DNA from: a virus
Strand: one strand, 5' to 3'
Virus record (IMG/VR): IMGVR_UViG_3300046535_001092
Span: 33,164-97,163 of that record
DNA: 64,000 nt
Shown: one piece after another, positions 42,701 to 52,227 of the stretch
Position numbering within the stretch: the first letter of the stretch is position 1
Layout: every line of letters begins with the position of its first letter
Position numbers and translations under genes: made by a program
Notes under the pieces: generated by a model
What the model was told of the DNA's origin: nothing
Databases searched by the model: none
The model's input: only the letters and a program-made list of their open reading frames with translations

Positions 42701-44597
42701 GATACTTAGAGTTGATGTCGTCTAGAGCAGAAGCAGGAGGATTACCATTCTCAGCTAGTCTAACAGCTTTCTCGTGAGGGATACCCTTATTCATCCATGC
42801 ATCGTAGATGGCACGGGCACGAGTACCTTCGGGTGGAGCTTCGGCTGTGGGCGTACGACCCTGTGGACCGACTGAGGGTTGATTGGTCTTGACGCCAGCT
42901 ACATCGCTAGGCGTACGAGTAGCCTGACGGTCAAGGATATCATTCCTGACTCTAGCTGCTTTAGCTTCGGGAGTGGGGGCTGGTGCTGGAGCAGGAGGTG
43001 GTGGGGGTGGTTCGTCTGGAGGAGGTGCAGCTGCTACTGGAGGTGGTTCCTCAGCTGGTGGCTCTTTACCTTCTACCTGTGCCTTACCCTTTTCAGACAT
43101 CTGGTCAAGCATCTCAGGCGACTTGTAAGGTGCCGGAGGTTCGCCTGCGGGGGCGGTAGGGGCTGGCTTAGGCTTGATGGGAGCTGGGCCTGAGGCTGGG
43201 GCTGCACCAACTTCGGGGGGAACCTCTTTCGGGAAGATTCCCATAGCAGCATTAGCGATGGCCTTGTCTGGGGTTGCACCTTTGGCGATCCAGGCATCAT
43301 AGCTTCGTCTGGCAGCTGAGTCACCTTCGGGTGGGGGAACTAGACTATCTAGGTCCTCTTCACCTTCGGCAGGCTTGAACGTGCTTGTAAGGGTCTGTTT
43401 ACCACCTGGGACTTTAGTAGAGTAGGTATCTTTGACAACCTTGTTCTCAACCATGTCACCTGCGGCCAGCGCATCATCAATCCGTCTCTTAGCCTCAGCC
43501 TCTGTCTCAGCTGTCGCCTTAGCCTTAATAGACTTATCTAGTCCTGCAGCCTGATCTCTAGCATCAGCCATCTTCTTGGCTTCGATCTTAGCATCTTCAG
43601 CTGCTTGCATAGATTCAGCTGTAGAGTGGGCCTTAGCCACTTCGACCTTTGTGTCAACGGCCTTAGAGACTGGCTTAGGAAGCTTAGGGGAGGCAGCATT
43701 CTCGCGGGCTAGGATCTCGGCTGCAGTCTTATGTTCGAGAGTGGTGAGGGGACGGTTGGAATTGGCAGCTGTAACGATGTCCTCTGTGTTGGGGAGGGCT
43801 GGCTTATTGTAGGGTGCCTCGAATCTATTCTTGATAGCCTGACGAATAGGGGTACGCTCACCTGGGCGGTAGGGAGCATTCTTGGCTGAGACCTTAGCTA
43901 CAGGAGGGGCTGGTGGTGGTGCAGATGGACCTCCTGGGGGTGGGGGAGGATTGCCTCCTGGAGGGCCTGGACGAAGCTGTAGGTCAGAGCCTGGAGGGGC
44001 TGGGTGGAGGGGGAGGTCGAAGTCTGGAGGAGCACCTGGACCAGGGGGTGGGGGAGGTGGGGGAGGAGTCTTAGGCTCGACAATGGGATTCTTATCTACG
44101 AAGGTTGGACCACCATGGATACCATGAGCCACACCTACTCCACCCATGAGGGCGTTAGCACCACCCATGACACGCTCTAGTGGCTTCTTCTCGGTGTCTA
44201 GGGCCTGTGCCGCACCATGAGTGCCGATGAGAGCATTAGCTCCCATAGAGGCTGCTTTGACCGGGAGGCTCGCTCCACCTGAGCCAAACATAGCAAGGAT
44301 ATTGGCTACGGTTTCTGGGTTGATGGAATTAGCCGCACCTGTAACGAACCCCTTTAGCTGCTCCCTAACCTTGTCGTGCAGGAATTTGTTAGGGTCTTCG
44401 GCTGGGTTGGCGATGTCCTTGGTTTGGGCTGAGCTGGCAAACTTCTCCAAAGCTTCCTTAGCCTTAGGGAAGTGCTCGGTGATCGGAGTTTCAGCAAACT
44501 TCTCTACAGACTTCACTCCAGGCTTGACAAAGTTCATCACCTTGTCGATGAGAGACTGTTCGTCTGGAGGTAGAGGGACATTCTTATTACGAGGCAT
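39741..44597 (-). CDS. large Pro/Ala-rich internal virion / DNA-ejection protein
   Basis: 1618 aa; last and largest of the ejection-type series downstream of the tail genes. Confidence 0.7.
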   Translation of the reverse strand: MPRNKNVPLPPDEQSLIDKVMNFVKPGVKSVEKFAETPITEHFPKAKEALEKFASSAQTKDIANPAEDPNKFLHDKVREQLKGFVTGAANSINPETVANILAMFGSGGASLPVKAASMGANALIGTHGAAQALDTEKKPLERVMGGANALMGGVGVAHGIHGGPTFVDKNPIVEPKTPPPPPPPPGPGAPPDFDLPLHPAPPGSDLQLRPGPPGGNPPPPPGGPSAPPPAPPVAKVSAKNAPYRPGERTPIRQAIKNRFEAPYNKPALPNTEDIVTAANSNRPLTTLEHKTAAEILARENAASPKLPKPVSKAVDTKVEVAKAHSTAESMQAAEDAKIEAKKMADARDQAAGLDKSIKAKATAETEAEAKRRIDDALAAGDMVENKVVKDTYSTKVPGGKQTLTSTFKPAEGEEDLDSLVPPPEGDSAARRSYDAWIAKGATPDKAIANAAMGIFPKEVPPEVGAAPASGPAPIKPKPAPTAPAGEPPAPYKSPEMLDQMSEKGKAQVEGKEPPAEEPPPVAAAPPPDEPPPPPPAPAPAPTPEAKAARVRNDILDRQATRTPSDVAGVKTNQPSVGPQGRTPTAEAPPEGTRARAIYDAWMNKGIPHEKAVRLAENGNPPASALDDINSKYPIASKVEDIPPPADEPPAAPVAAAPEPPPSTPPAPAAAEVPPDMPGVTSPEANPSPVVDHPKINPKTGKPVKTRVPQPPHTPLSPEEEREVKRFIDEMSTVDYTPRTWNQLEGKAALTGNAAGGQADIVAGSGGAPIYHDVIGEGGYGTRGQVIAQADRLLKAKPGSKTNATMNAIRKIAQGRLKGEYGTSFPYNDNPRPPIDYNEVSKLLDEQNAAKAAANKLPDEAPFDIPEPDELHEPGIDAETPPPTLGKAEVEPSLPTLEAVSNIENKTPQVGKINFEKGKIPGISQPPPEAQAALPGMPEPPPPPGGQDLFEQMAKPPLPPEAPPPPAQGAAPIAPQPPPTPPAPAAPEVPPAVAEELKAIAPGAAPPPDVPAPSTSPIAEGPAEDLPQGAIPMRMVARSPLDAAGMASRTAQTDPNINPLAKRYLGISVGDAARKAGLETKSGGPDTLRKFLNQEVSPEINPNVSTAQAADTTAQTSKATIAAKAARDAKKAAAAAQGPEAIDAQTLKGVDDLTAQAGNLELDQPDIPPEARRAALTAWARAQSDKGGIDPLLAVRLGLGAVGGEEGARQDPLGSGEGADPLGRISSGLLGAGAGYMLPSLGRAFYGKGFNNAEQLVENQNKFEKGIDTLNKVQMAGLLSPESMMRHGSSNSGAILTSLLENPRMIKPFIENMRNGGLANAKADFMQGFNSPITEEASGLEAALQKNPIHRTMAGFTNALKSNMGRTGFSPEQIGEYSFTKVPDGPISGRYYGVLQSHPILKNIEPLARIGLNRLSAGIERSPLGLLDLLQADSPEAAMNVVKKAGIGTGVGVAAGALTPQDWVKEHPRTASLIGAMTNVYGLPIAAGMAMGSNRGKNWKSQISGASKAAFKDVPGLRTAQDVLDLASFPKNYLSRYTNVTRPIAEALDRKEGSDKLFEPREVETTSDNLTPIEYLTNRAQAGIPGLRNTLPTKGETVPSGSAETPAGSSVDLGFLKRY

Positions 44598-45799
44598 TAT
44601 TTGGCTCCAATAGCTGTCATGGCTTCTCTAACCTTCTCACGATATAACTCGGGATCTTCGCCTGGGGGTGCAGTATATAGTCCGGCGTCGAAGAACTGGT
44701 CTACGGTGAGGGACTTCTTTCTACCGTTATTGTCTTGGATCATCCCACGAACATCTGCCTGGACATTTCTATCTGTGATGGAGTTGATTAGGGCTGCAGC
44801 AACCTGAGGCTTGTCTTGAGGTTTAGCTGAGGAGAACTTAGATGCAAGAGCTTTATCGTAGAGGCCTAGGGTAGCTGCACGAGGAGCAGGCTCATTGCCC
44901 TTCCTAAGGGTCTTTGGGTTCATGTCGGTTGGGAATGCAGCTCCAGGTTTAACCCAGACTGTCTTATGGTTACCTTGGGCATCATCGTATTGGAAGAACT
45001 CTGGGGCTGGACCCTGGGGACCAACAGGTGGTCTAGACCGAATAACTGGTCGTTCACCCTTCTTGCCCATAATAACATGACCATTTTCATCTTTGGCAGT
45101 CTCATACTTACCTGTAGCTTCGTTGAAAGTCATGAGGGGTTCTTCAAGCTCCGCTGGGGTGGGCTTGGGATGGAAGATGGCTTCTGCTGGAGGATTCTCA
45201 CCTTTCTGCATAACAGATCTCATCATGATCCATCGTTCGAGGTCGGTTCCCTGTTGAAATTCTGGAGACTTAGTAAGGGCCTGTAGTTTACTATTTCTAT
45301 CCTGCTCCATGCGATAGTCAGCTGAACCCTTATAGGTCTTGGTGATGGGGACTGAGGAATCTGCAACGGAGGGGGATTGGGTGTCCTGCATGGGAGCTAC
45401 TTGACCTAGTGGGGCACCTACTCCTGTCATCTGCTTGGATGGGAGTGTGGCTCCTCCAGTTACATCTACGGAAGATGGGTCAATCTGTTGGAGTCTATCG
45501 GCTGTAGCTCCAGTGACAGCACCTGGGGGAATTCTATTCTGGAAGACCTGATCTGCTTTCTCTTTACGCTCTAAGGCTAGAGCATTCCTCTCCTCAGCTA
45601 GAGACTTGGCATTCTCATCTCTATATGAGATCATACTCTCTTTATCCCTACGGTCAAGCTCATCGAGCATAGCTTGTCTAGCATCCATACGCTTACGGGC
45701 GAGGATGTTCTGGAGCTGTGTAGAGACAGCTAGACCAGGTGAGACATACTGATGGTATGCTGAGTATGGTTCAGGATCTTCGTAATCGTTGTTTGCCAT
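44597..45799 (-). CDS. putative DNA-ejection protein
   Basis: Synteny as in P22/T7 ejection genes; helical N-terminus. Confidence 0.6.
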   Translation of the reverse strand: MANNDYEDPEPYSAYHQYVSPGLAVSTQLQNILARKRMDARQAMLDELDRRDKESMISYRDENAKSLAEERNALALERKEKADQVFQNRIPPGAVTGATADRLQQIDPSSVDVTGGATLPSKQMTGVGAPLGQVAPMQDTQSPSVADSSVPITKTYKGSADYRMEQDRNSKLQALTKSPEFQQGTDLERWIMMRSVMQKGENPPAEAIFHPKPTPAELEEPLMTFNEATGKYETAKDENGHVIMGKKGERPVIRSRPPVGPQGPAPEFFQYDDAQGNHKTVWVKPGAAFPTDMNPKTLRKGNEPAPRAATLGLYDKALASKFSSAKPQDKPQVAAALINSITDRNVQADVRGMIQDNNGRKKSLTVDQFFDAGLYTAPPGEDPELYREKVREAMTAIGAK

Positions 45800-45807
45800 T
45801 GTTAACC

Positions 45808-47001
45808 TTAGGAGAAGATACCCTTAATGAAGTGTCCAGCCTGAGACATCCAGTTGGGATCAGCTTGGGAGAGTGCACCAATGCCTCCGGTGATTAGGGA
45901 GCCTGCATTGGCAATGTTGTCGGCTGTGGTTGGACCTTCCGGCCACACACTTCCACCTGGAGCTAGTCTCTGGGTAAGCATGGGTTCTAGGGTGCCTGCA
46001 GCCTGCTTCTGTGCAGCTGAGGGGGCTAGGAAGCCTGCCCCCATGTCGGGGAGTTTAATCTGCTTACCATTGAAGGAGCCAATGGTTGGGGGTTGGTAGC
46101 CGTGGGTTTGGTTGGTAAGGTAGTTGGTAACCATCAACTTACGTAGGGCGTCAGACTCGTTAGAGTTACGAGCAGTCTGGGCCGCGATTCTATCTCTATC
46201 TAGGTTACGTTGATTGTTAACGTTGGTGTCAGCATAGGTGCCTAGAGACTTGGAGATCTGGTCCCAGGCATCTGAGGCAGTCTTTCCCTTCTTCATGAGG
46301 TCTTCGATCTGCTGACCAATCTGTGCTTTACCTGCGGCAGCTCCCACACCACCTACGGCAGGGTTAGTGCCTCCTGCTGTTAGGGCACCATTGTTGAGGG
46401 CTACCTCACCACCTGCGGAGTCTGTAAGGGGGCCTGAGGCAAGTGGAGCTAGACTTGCTGCTCCACCAGCACCTCCTGCAGCAGCACCTGCGGCGGCTGC
46501 GGCACTGAAGTCTGCTCCAGCTGTCGAGGCGAGGCCTGTGCTAGCAAGAGGAAGGGAGATAGGGGTTGAGGCTAGGGTTCCTCCGGCTGCTGCGCTTCCT
46601 GAGGCACCACCCATCGCTCCAGCGTTTCCGGCCATAAGAGCTGGAGCTACTACGCCACCAAGTCCTGCACCGAAACCTACCTGTAACCATGACTCTGGAT
46701 GGGACCAGAAGCCGTGATGCTCCTTAGTGTCCCAATCACCTGTTGTGGTGTTGAACTCTTTGAAGTGATCTTCATCTCCATTGATCTCAGAGCCATGAGA
46801 ATAGTCTGCGAATGCCTGAGGATTATCTTTATTTAATCCTATCATGCCACCGCCGATATCCTCAATTTCTTCTGGGGTTGTGCCAGGATTGGGGACGAAT
46901 GGCTTGCCGCTATTTACTTGATCGTAAAAGCCAGCCCTCTTCCTAATATCATACCACTTAGCAAGAGCCTGTTCGGTTGTTAGTCCTGTATATAGTCCCA
47001 T
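45808..47001 (-). CDS. putative DNA-ejection / pilot protein
   Basis: Long Gly/Ala hydrophobic segment followed by a Q/N-rich helix. Confidence 0.6.
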   Translation of the reverse strand: MGLYTGLTTEQALAKWYDIRKRAGFYDQVNSGKPFVPNPGTTPEEIEDIGGGMIGLNKDNPQAFADYSHGSEINGDEDHFKEFNTTTGDWDTKEHHGFWSHPESWLQVGFGAGLGGVVAPALMAGNAGAMGGASGSAAAGGTLASTPISLPLASTGLASTAGADFSAAAAAGAAAGGAGGAASLAPLASGPLTDSAGGEVALNNGALTAGGTNPAVGGVGAAAGKAQIGQQIEDLMKKGKTASDAWDQISKSLGTYADTNVNNQRNLDRDRIAAQTARNSNESDALRKLMVTNYLTNQTHGYQPPTIGSFNGKQIKLPDMGAGFLAPSAAQKQAAGTLEPMLTQRLAPGGSVWPEGPTTADNIANAGSLITGGIGALSQADPNWMSQAGHFIKGIFS

Positions 47002-47013
47002 TATATTATCCTG

Positions 47014-48120
47014 TTAGATTCCTGGAGGGGTGCCTGTGGAGTTGAGCCAGTTCCAACGGTTCGCCCAGTTCTGGGAATCGAGACCGAGTTGGCCCGAAGC
47101 AAGCATTGCATTGATTTCGCCTAGCTCCTTCTGTAGGGCTAGTTGCTGATCGGCTGTGAGGAGGGTGCCCATCTCTTGGAGGGCCTGAGTGATTTCACCT
47201 CTACGGGCTGTTAGCTCATTTTGCATGAGGGAGGCCTGGAGGGAGCCTGTAGCCTGAGCTGCGTGTTCTGAGGAGAGTCTACGCTCAGCACCTAGATTAG
47301 CATCAGGACCCTCTGATTCAGCCAGCTGGTCAATGTAGTCTCTAGCACCTCTAGTCTGCTGGGCACCAAAGGCGTTGACCTGGTTGGCAATGATTGGGTC
47401 TTTAGGGTCTAAGGCTAGAGACTGTGAGGCCCTGCTCATGAGCATGTTGTAAAGATCATTTGAGCGGGGGTCTCGGCCTGAGGTGAACATCGAAGAGATA
47501 TCTCCGAAACTAGATCCTGCTTGTCCATTAAGACTGCCTGCACCACCGGCACCGCCTCCGCCCCAAGCATCACCATTAGCATTAGAGACAAGTTTCCAAT
47601 TACCCTGACTATCATTAACACGATATAGCACACCATTAATATAAAGGGAGTCTCTACGACCATATTCGTCAGTTGGGCCATCTTGGGTAATATAGCCCTT
47701 CTGCTGTAGGCTATTCTTAAGCTGGTCAATCCCTGTATGATCTTTGTTATCATTGCTAAGCGCGTTGTTTGGTAACGACTTTGCAATATCGTTAAAGTCA
47801 TTCGAAAGTTTTGTGTTATCCACCTGTGGCATCGGGATGGTACCAGAGGTCGAACCATCGGGATTCTTCGTGCCACCTTGGATAGGAGTCGTACTACCAC
47901 TACCAGCTGGAACGCCACCAGAGCCAGGTTGTGGGGTTGTTGTACCTGGATAAGTTCCACTTGTACTTGTAGAAGGAGTAGTAGTAGTGTCAGGCGGTTG
48001 GGTAACTGGCCCATTAGATCCAAACCCACCAGGTCTTAGCCCTGTAGGTGAGGAGGTAGGCTGGGTCGTATTAGTGGTACGCTGGTTAGCTCGGGTAATT
48101 GTAGGATCGTCTAGGGCCAT
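47014..48120 (-). CDS. putative DNA-ejection protein
   Basis: T/P/G-rich N-terminus, Q/A-rich helical C-terminus. Confidence 0.6.
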   Translation of the reverse strand: MALDDPTITRANQRTTNTTQPTSSPTGLRPGGFGSNGPVTQPPDTTTTPSTSTSGTYPGTTTPQPGSGGVPAGSGSTTPIQGGTKNPDGSTSGTIPMPQVDNTKLSNDFNDIAKSLPNNALSNDNKDHTGIDQLKNSLQQKGYITQDGPTDEYGRRDSLYINGVLYRVNDSQGNWKLVSNANGDAWGGGGAGGAGSLNGQAGSSFGDISSMFTSGRDPRSNDLYNMLMSRASQSLALDPKDPIIANQVNAFGAQQTRGARDYIDQLAESEGPDANLGAERRLSSEHAAQATGSLQASLMQNELTARRGEITQALQEMGTLLTADQQLALQKELGEINAMLASGQLGLDSQNWANRWNWLNSTGTPPGI

Positions 48121-48129
48121 TATAATTCC

Positions 48130-48669
48130 TTAAGAGGTTGGCTCGATATTGTAGGACACAATGATCGTTAGGGTATTTGCAGCGTTGCCGCCAGTGAGCA
48201 CACCTGAACCATTGTTATCCATGAAGACTTGTAGGGGTGAGTTATCGTTAGATGCCTTTGCAATGGTGGCTGCAACGGAGATCGACCCATTTGCACTTGG
48301 AAAGATGGCTACTGGGGACAAGTCCACACAACTCACGTAACCGAGGGCAAGGAAGGTGCTTACATCCGTAATAGCTCCTGCCGTGCTATTGTTGACAAGG
48401 GGGTTACACATGTAGTCGGTTGTGGTGTTCTGAACCCCTATAGCAGCAAAGGTCGTATTAATGTTCGTGTAGGCCCCAGCTGCAAAACTTCCTGTTAGGG
48501 AGACGGCTATGGGCTTAATCCTAAAACCAGATCCAGGTGCTGAGACAATGTCAATTGGAGTTGTAGGGAGTGCTTTGATTTCGGCATTCGTTAGGATGGC
48601 CCGGACAATATGATGTCTGGCTGTGCCACCAGCACTATCAGCCGAAAATATAGTAGAAAGACTTGCCAT
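48130..48669 (-). CDS. virion structural protein, paralog 3 (LPTTP...LTGGNAAN domain)
   Basis: Domain shared with the two upstream ORFs. Confidence 0.7.
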   Translation of the reverse strand: MASLSTIFSADSAGGTARHHIVRAILTNAEIKALPTTPIDIVSAPGSGFRIKPIAVSLTGSFAAGAYTNINTTFAAIGVQNTTTDYMCNPLVNNSTAGAITDVSTFLALGYVSCVDLSPVAIFPSANGSISVAATIAKASNDNSPLQVFMDNNGSGVLTGGNAANTLTIIVSYNIEPTS

Positions 48670-49178
48670 TAGACAGGCTCCGCAACATAGTAAAGGGTAA
48701 CTCGTAGGGTGTTGGCAGCATTGCCTCCGGTAAGGTTACCGCTACCGTTGTTATCCATAGAGATTCTGATAACCTGGTTATCAACATCGGGGATACCAGG
48801 TGAAGCTGTGGGATAGTTCCACTCAGTAGAGCCAGAAGCAGCTCCTGAACCTAAGATAGTGGCTAGATTAACCAAGTCAATTGGGTGGTTCTGGGCGTTA
48901 CCAAAGATAGCTGATACTGCTGTGGCCGCTGTATTCATGCTATTGTCATTGACACAGAGGGGGGCCATTACCCAGTAGCCACTAGGAACATCTAATTGGA
49001 CTGTAGAATATGTGGTGTTAATGTTGGTGTAGGCACCTGCAGCAAACTTCGTTTCAGCTGTCCCACCTAGGATACGTGTACGGAATCCTGAACCCTGAGC
49101 CGCAATCACAGTGATTGGTGTGGTAGGAAGGGCCTTAATTTGTGCGTCAGTGAGAATAGTGATTGAACGTTTTAACAT
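48669..49178 (-). CDS. virion structural protein, paralog 2
   Basis: Same domain. Confidence 0.7.
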   Translation of the reverse strand: MLKRSITILTDAQIKALPTTPITVIAAQGSGFRTRILGGTAETKFAAGAYTNINTTYSTVQLDVPSGYWVMAPLCVNDNSMNTAATAVSAIFGNAQNHPIDLVNLATILGSGAASGSTEWNYPTASPGIPDVDNQVIRISMDNNGSGNLTGGNAANTLRVTLYYVAEPV

Positions 49179-49182
49179 GATG

Positions 49183-49839
49183 TTATGGGAGGGTAATGGT
49201 TTTATAGTCTACAATGACTACTAGACTATTAGCAGCATTTCCACCTGTGAGGTTACCTAAAGCTGCGTTAGAGATAGTAAGTTTTAAGGCTGTATTTGCA
49301 TTAGTAACTGACTGCCCAACAAAGGTTGTTATACCCCAATCATTAAAGTCTTCATTCTCAGAGGATGGACAAGTGATTGACTGGATAACACCTGTAGTTG
49401 ATGTAAGAAGATCACTTAATTGGGTAAACCCTGCAATTGTCGAGTCATTCCCAATATAGTTACTAGCATCATCTACCCACTTAGCGAACATATAACCATC
49501 TGGACTGATGTTTGTATAAGCAGTTGCTCCTGCCTTAAATACGAAGGTGATAAGGGAGGGCCAGATAATCTTGCCTGCCCCAGGCGCTGCTACTAGGGTG
49601 ATAGGGGTGGTTGGGAGGGCTAGGATATTGGCGTTAGTGAGGGTGACTGTGGCTGAGCCTGAACCTGTGGAGCCTGTTCCACCAATCTGGAACCATGCAC
49701 CACTATACCAGATGAACACACTCCCGGTGTCAGTCTCATAGAATTCTACGAGGATGTTGACAGGGGGGTTGGGGACGAACGCTAGTCTGTCAGCGTTGGT
49801 GCCATAAGTGAGGAATTTGTCTAAGGTAGTATCTGACAT
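49183..49839 (-). CDS. virion structural protein, paralog 1, with tail-fibre-type N-terminal motif
   Basis: GT.ADR..FYETDTG..W..W followed by the shared domain. Confidence 0.7.
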   Translation of the reverse strand: MSDTTLDKFLTYGTNADRLAFVPNPPVNILVEFYETDTGSVFIWYSGAWFQIGGTGSTGSGSATVTLTNANILALPTTPITLVAAPGAGKIIWPSLITFVFKAGATAYTNISPDGYMFAKWVDDASNYIGNDSTIAGFTQLSDLLTSTTGVIQSITCPSSENEDFNDWGITTFVGQSVTNANTALKLTISNAALGNLTGGNAANSLVVIVDYKTITLP

Positions 49840-49840
49840 A

Positions 49841-50341
49841 TTATGGTACGAATGGGACTAGGACTGGATGACCTAGGCCGTCTGAGATGAATGTTAGAGG
49901 TTCTACGCCTGTGGCTAGGGGGATGTATGAGACGGAGGAACCTGTGGCTGAGAGGGTGAGGTTGGTCATGTCTAGACCAACACCTAGAGCAATTTGTTGC
50001 CAGTCTCCTCCACCAAATAACTCACCTCTACCTAGGAGGACAGAGTTTGTAGTAGCCTGGGTGAAATGGTTATAGGCGAGTCTAGACTTAACACCTGTAG
50101 CTACGTTAACTTTATCCCAGGTAGGTTTAAAGTGAAGCCCCGTGTTAGAAACATATTGGGGAACAATGGTCTTATTTCCACCAATAGCATCACCTGTAAG
50201 GGTGCCATCATCATTGAAAGCTACTGCCCATTGCCTGGAGATAGCAAGTCTAAGCTGTTCGAACTCTTCTGCTACGAAGGTTCTAGCCTGTTCCCAGGGG
50301 AGGTTAAGGTAGTCGCTAAAGATACCGCCAAAGGTTGACAT
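49841..50341 (-). CDS. tail-associated protein
   Basis: Follows the nozzle gene; LLGR..GG..Q.I.LG.GL fibre-like motif. Confidence 0.55.
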   Translation of the reverse strand: MSTFGGIFSDYLNLPWEQARTFVAEEFEQLRLAISRQWAVAFNDDGTLTGDAIGGNKTIVPQYVSNTGLHFKPTWDKVNVATGVKSRLAYNHFTQATTNSVLLGRGELFGGGDWQQIALGVGLDMTNLTLSATGSSVSYIPLATGVEPLTFISDGLGHPVLVPFVP

Positions 50342-52224
50342 TAGGTGTCCGAAATCTCAATCTGAAGAGTTTTCATAGAGGACATATCAAGGTTATCGAA
50401 CACCTTGATAACAGTGTTCTCATTGTTCTCAGGAACGAGATCAGTAACTACGCTGTTAACTTCTTTGCCAAAGTCCCTGATGAATCTGACATTGAGGGTG
50501 GTGCCTGGGTCATCTACTGGGAGGGCTAGGAGTGCTGCAGTCATGGCTCCCCACCGATTAAGGAGACCATTAGCGATGTAGGGGCGGGTTAAAATCTTAG
50601 CCTTATAGTCCACGCCATTGTCTTGGTTGGTGATGTCGATACGCTGGATGAAGTTAGGCGCAACGTAGCCGCCATAGGGCCTAAACGACAAATGTGGCAC
50701 CCCTGCATCGTCCTCAATAATCTCTGGGACAATGGTAGAGCACCATGCTTCTGTAATAGCCCCTGTAACTACGGACCAACCACAGTGGGTACCATCTGGC
50801 TTGGATTCGATCTCAGTAATCTGAGAGACTAGACCAAAAGCTGGTGCGTTTGATCCGTCATATGCTACCCACCACTTTACCTGGCGTAGGTCAGGGTAGT
50901 AGACGCCGTGAGCGATAACCTTAGTGGCTGAGGTGTTGATGTGAAGCCAGGTATCATTAAGGTCTTGCATGTACTGCAAGCCTCCTGAGCCAATTCTGGC
51001 TGGTCCAGCTTGTGGGTCGAGGAAGTAAACACATGCTCTACCATATTCGTCTACTCCGTTTACGATAGAACCAATGATTGCACCACGGGAAGGAGAGATT
51101 AGAAATGACTCGTAGGCACCATCTAACTTACCTGTACGCTGAATCTTATAGATTCTATTATGTTTGAATGCGTAAAAGGAGCCGTTGATGGGGGCTGAGA
51201 TGCCTGTAAGCTGACCGCCATCTAACCAGTCTAGGTCGATAAAGTTATCAGTTCGTAGTGGGATACGCTCATCGTTACCAAATCCTGTAGCTGCATAGAC
51301 TGGTGTCCAGTAGAGTCTGGAATCATGCTCAGGATCTTCCCAGGAACCACCAAAGATAACCCGGTCCTGATCCTGGGTACAGAACCGGACAGAGGGAATG
51401 AGGTCATAGTCGCCAATTTCAGCTGAGAGTTCACCTAAGTTGGCATAATCAGTGGCTGGAATTGTAGTGTCTGTGTAGGTAGTTGTTCCAATTGGAACGG
51501 TAGCAATAACATAGAAGTCACCATCTCCATCAGATGCTTCTACTTCCCAAAAATTCTCACCTTCGTCTACGATAGCTGGGCGAGTGATAATAACTCCTGC
51601 TCCAGCACCAGAAGGGGTGAACGATAACTCAGGGGACGGCTCACTTCTTCTTAGAATCTTAACTCCCACCTTCTCAATGAACCTAACACGGTAGATGCGG
51701 ACATCGGTAAATGCTCCACCACCTGTATCTACTGCTGTGGGAGCTAGGATTGGTTCAGCGATGCCTGTTCTACGAATAGTGGTTCCATCCCATACGTGCA
51801 TTCTGTCTACACCACTCTTGTAGGCTACGAACCACTTACCGTGGATGGAGGTAGTTTGGATCTGATAGATATATGGGTTATTCGTATTGATATCATCCTT
51901 AACTGTGGGGATGGTCCACACGTTCATATTGCGGTAGGCGATAGAGTAGGAGGTACCTTCGGTAGCAGCAATGGCCCATAGCCAGCTGTCTTTAATCTCG
52001 GCAAACTTAGGCTGATAAGTTGATAGAGATACAACAACTGCCTCATCATCAAGACTAGAGTCACCTAGATCAATAGGCTCCATACCTCTTCTACGCTCAC
52101 CTAGAGTTGAGCTGAAGAACTCTACGTTCTCCGCCAACACGCATTGGTTGTCTGGGAGAGCATGAGCTGGGTCTGTATTATTCATGCCGCCTTTGATGTT
52201 AGCGATGATTAGGTCTTTAGGCAT
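50341..52224 (-). CDS. tail nozzle / tubular protein B (P22 gp10-like)
   Basis: GGMN..P..L..N....ENV..G...RRG N-terminus, beta-propeller character, follows the adaptor. Confidence 0.75.
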   Translation of the reverse strand: MPKDLIIANIKGGMNNTDPAHALPDNQCVLAENVEFFSSTLGERRRGMEPIDLGDSSLDDEAVVVSLSTYQPKFAEIKDSWLWAIAATEGTSYSIAYRNMNVWTIPTVKDDINTNNPYIYQIQTTSIHGKWFVAYKSGVDRMHVWDGTTIRRTGIAEPILAPTAVDTGGGAFTDVRIYRVRFIEKVGVKILRRSEPSPELSFTPSGAGAGVIITRPAIVDEGENFWEVEASDGDGDFYVIATVPIGTTTYTDTTIPATDYANLGELSAEIGDYDLIPSVRFCTQDQDRVIFGGSWEDPEHDSRLYWTPVYAATGFGNDERIPLRTDNFIDLDWLDGGQLTGISAPINGSFYAFKHNRIYKIQRTGKLDGAYESFLISPSRGAIIGSIVNGVDEYGRACVYFLDPQAGPARIGSGGLQYMQDLNDTWLHINTSATKVIAHGVYYPDLRQVKWWVAYDGSNAPAFGLVSQITEIESKPDGTHCGWSVVTGAITEAWCSTIVPEIIEDDAGVPHLSFRPYGGYVAPNFIQRIDITNQDNGVDYKAKILTRPYIANGLLNRWGAMTAALLALPVDDPGTTLNVRFIRDFGKEVNSVVTDLVPENNENTVIKVFDNLDMSSMKTLQIEISDT

Positions 52225-52227
52225 AAG

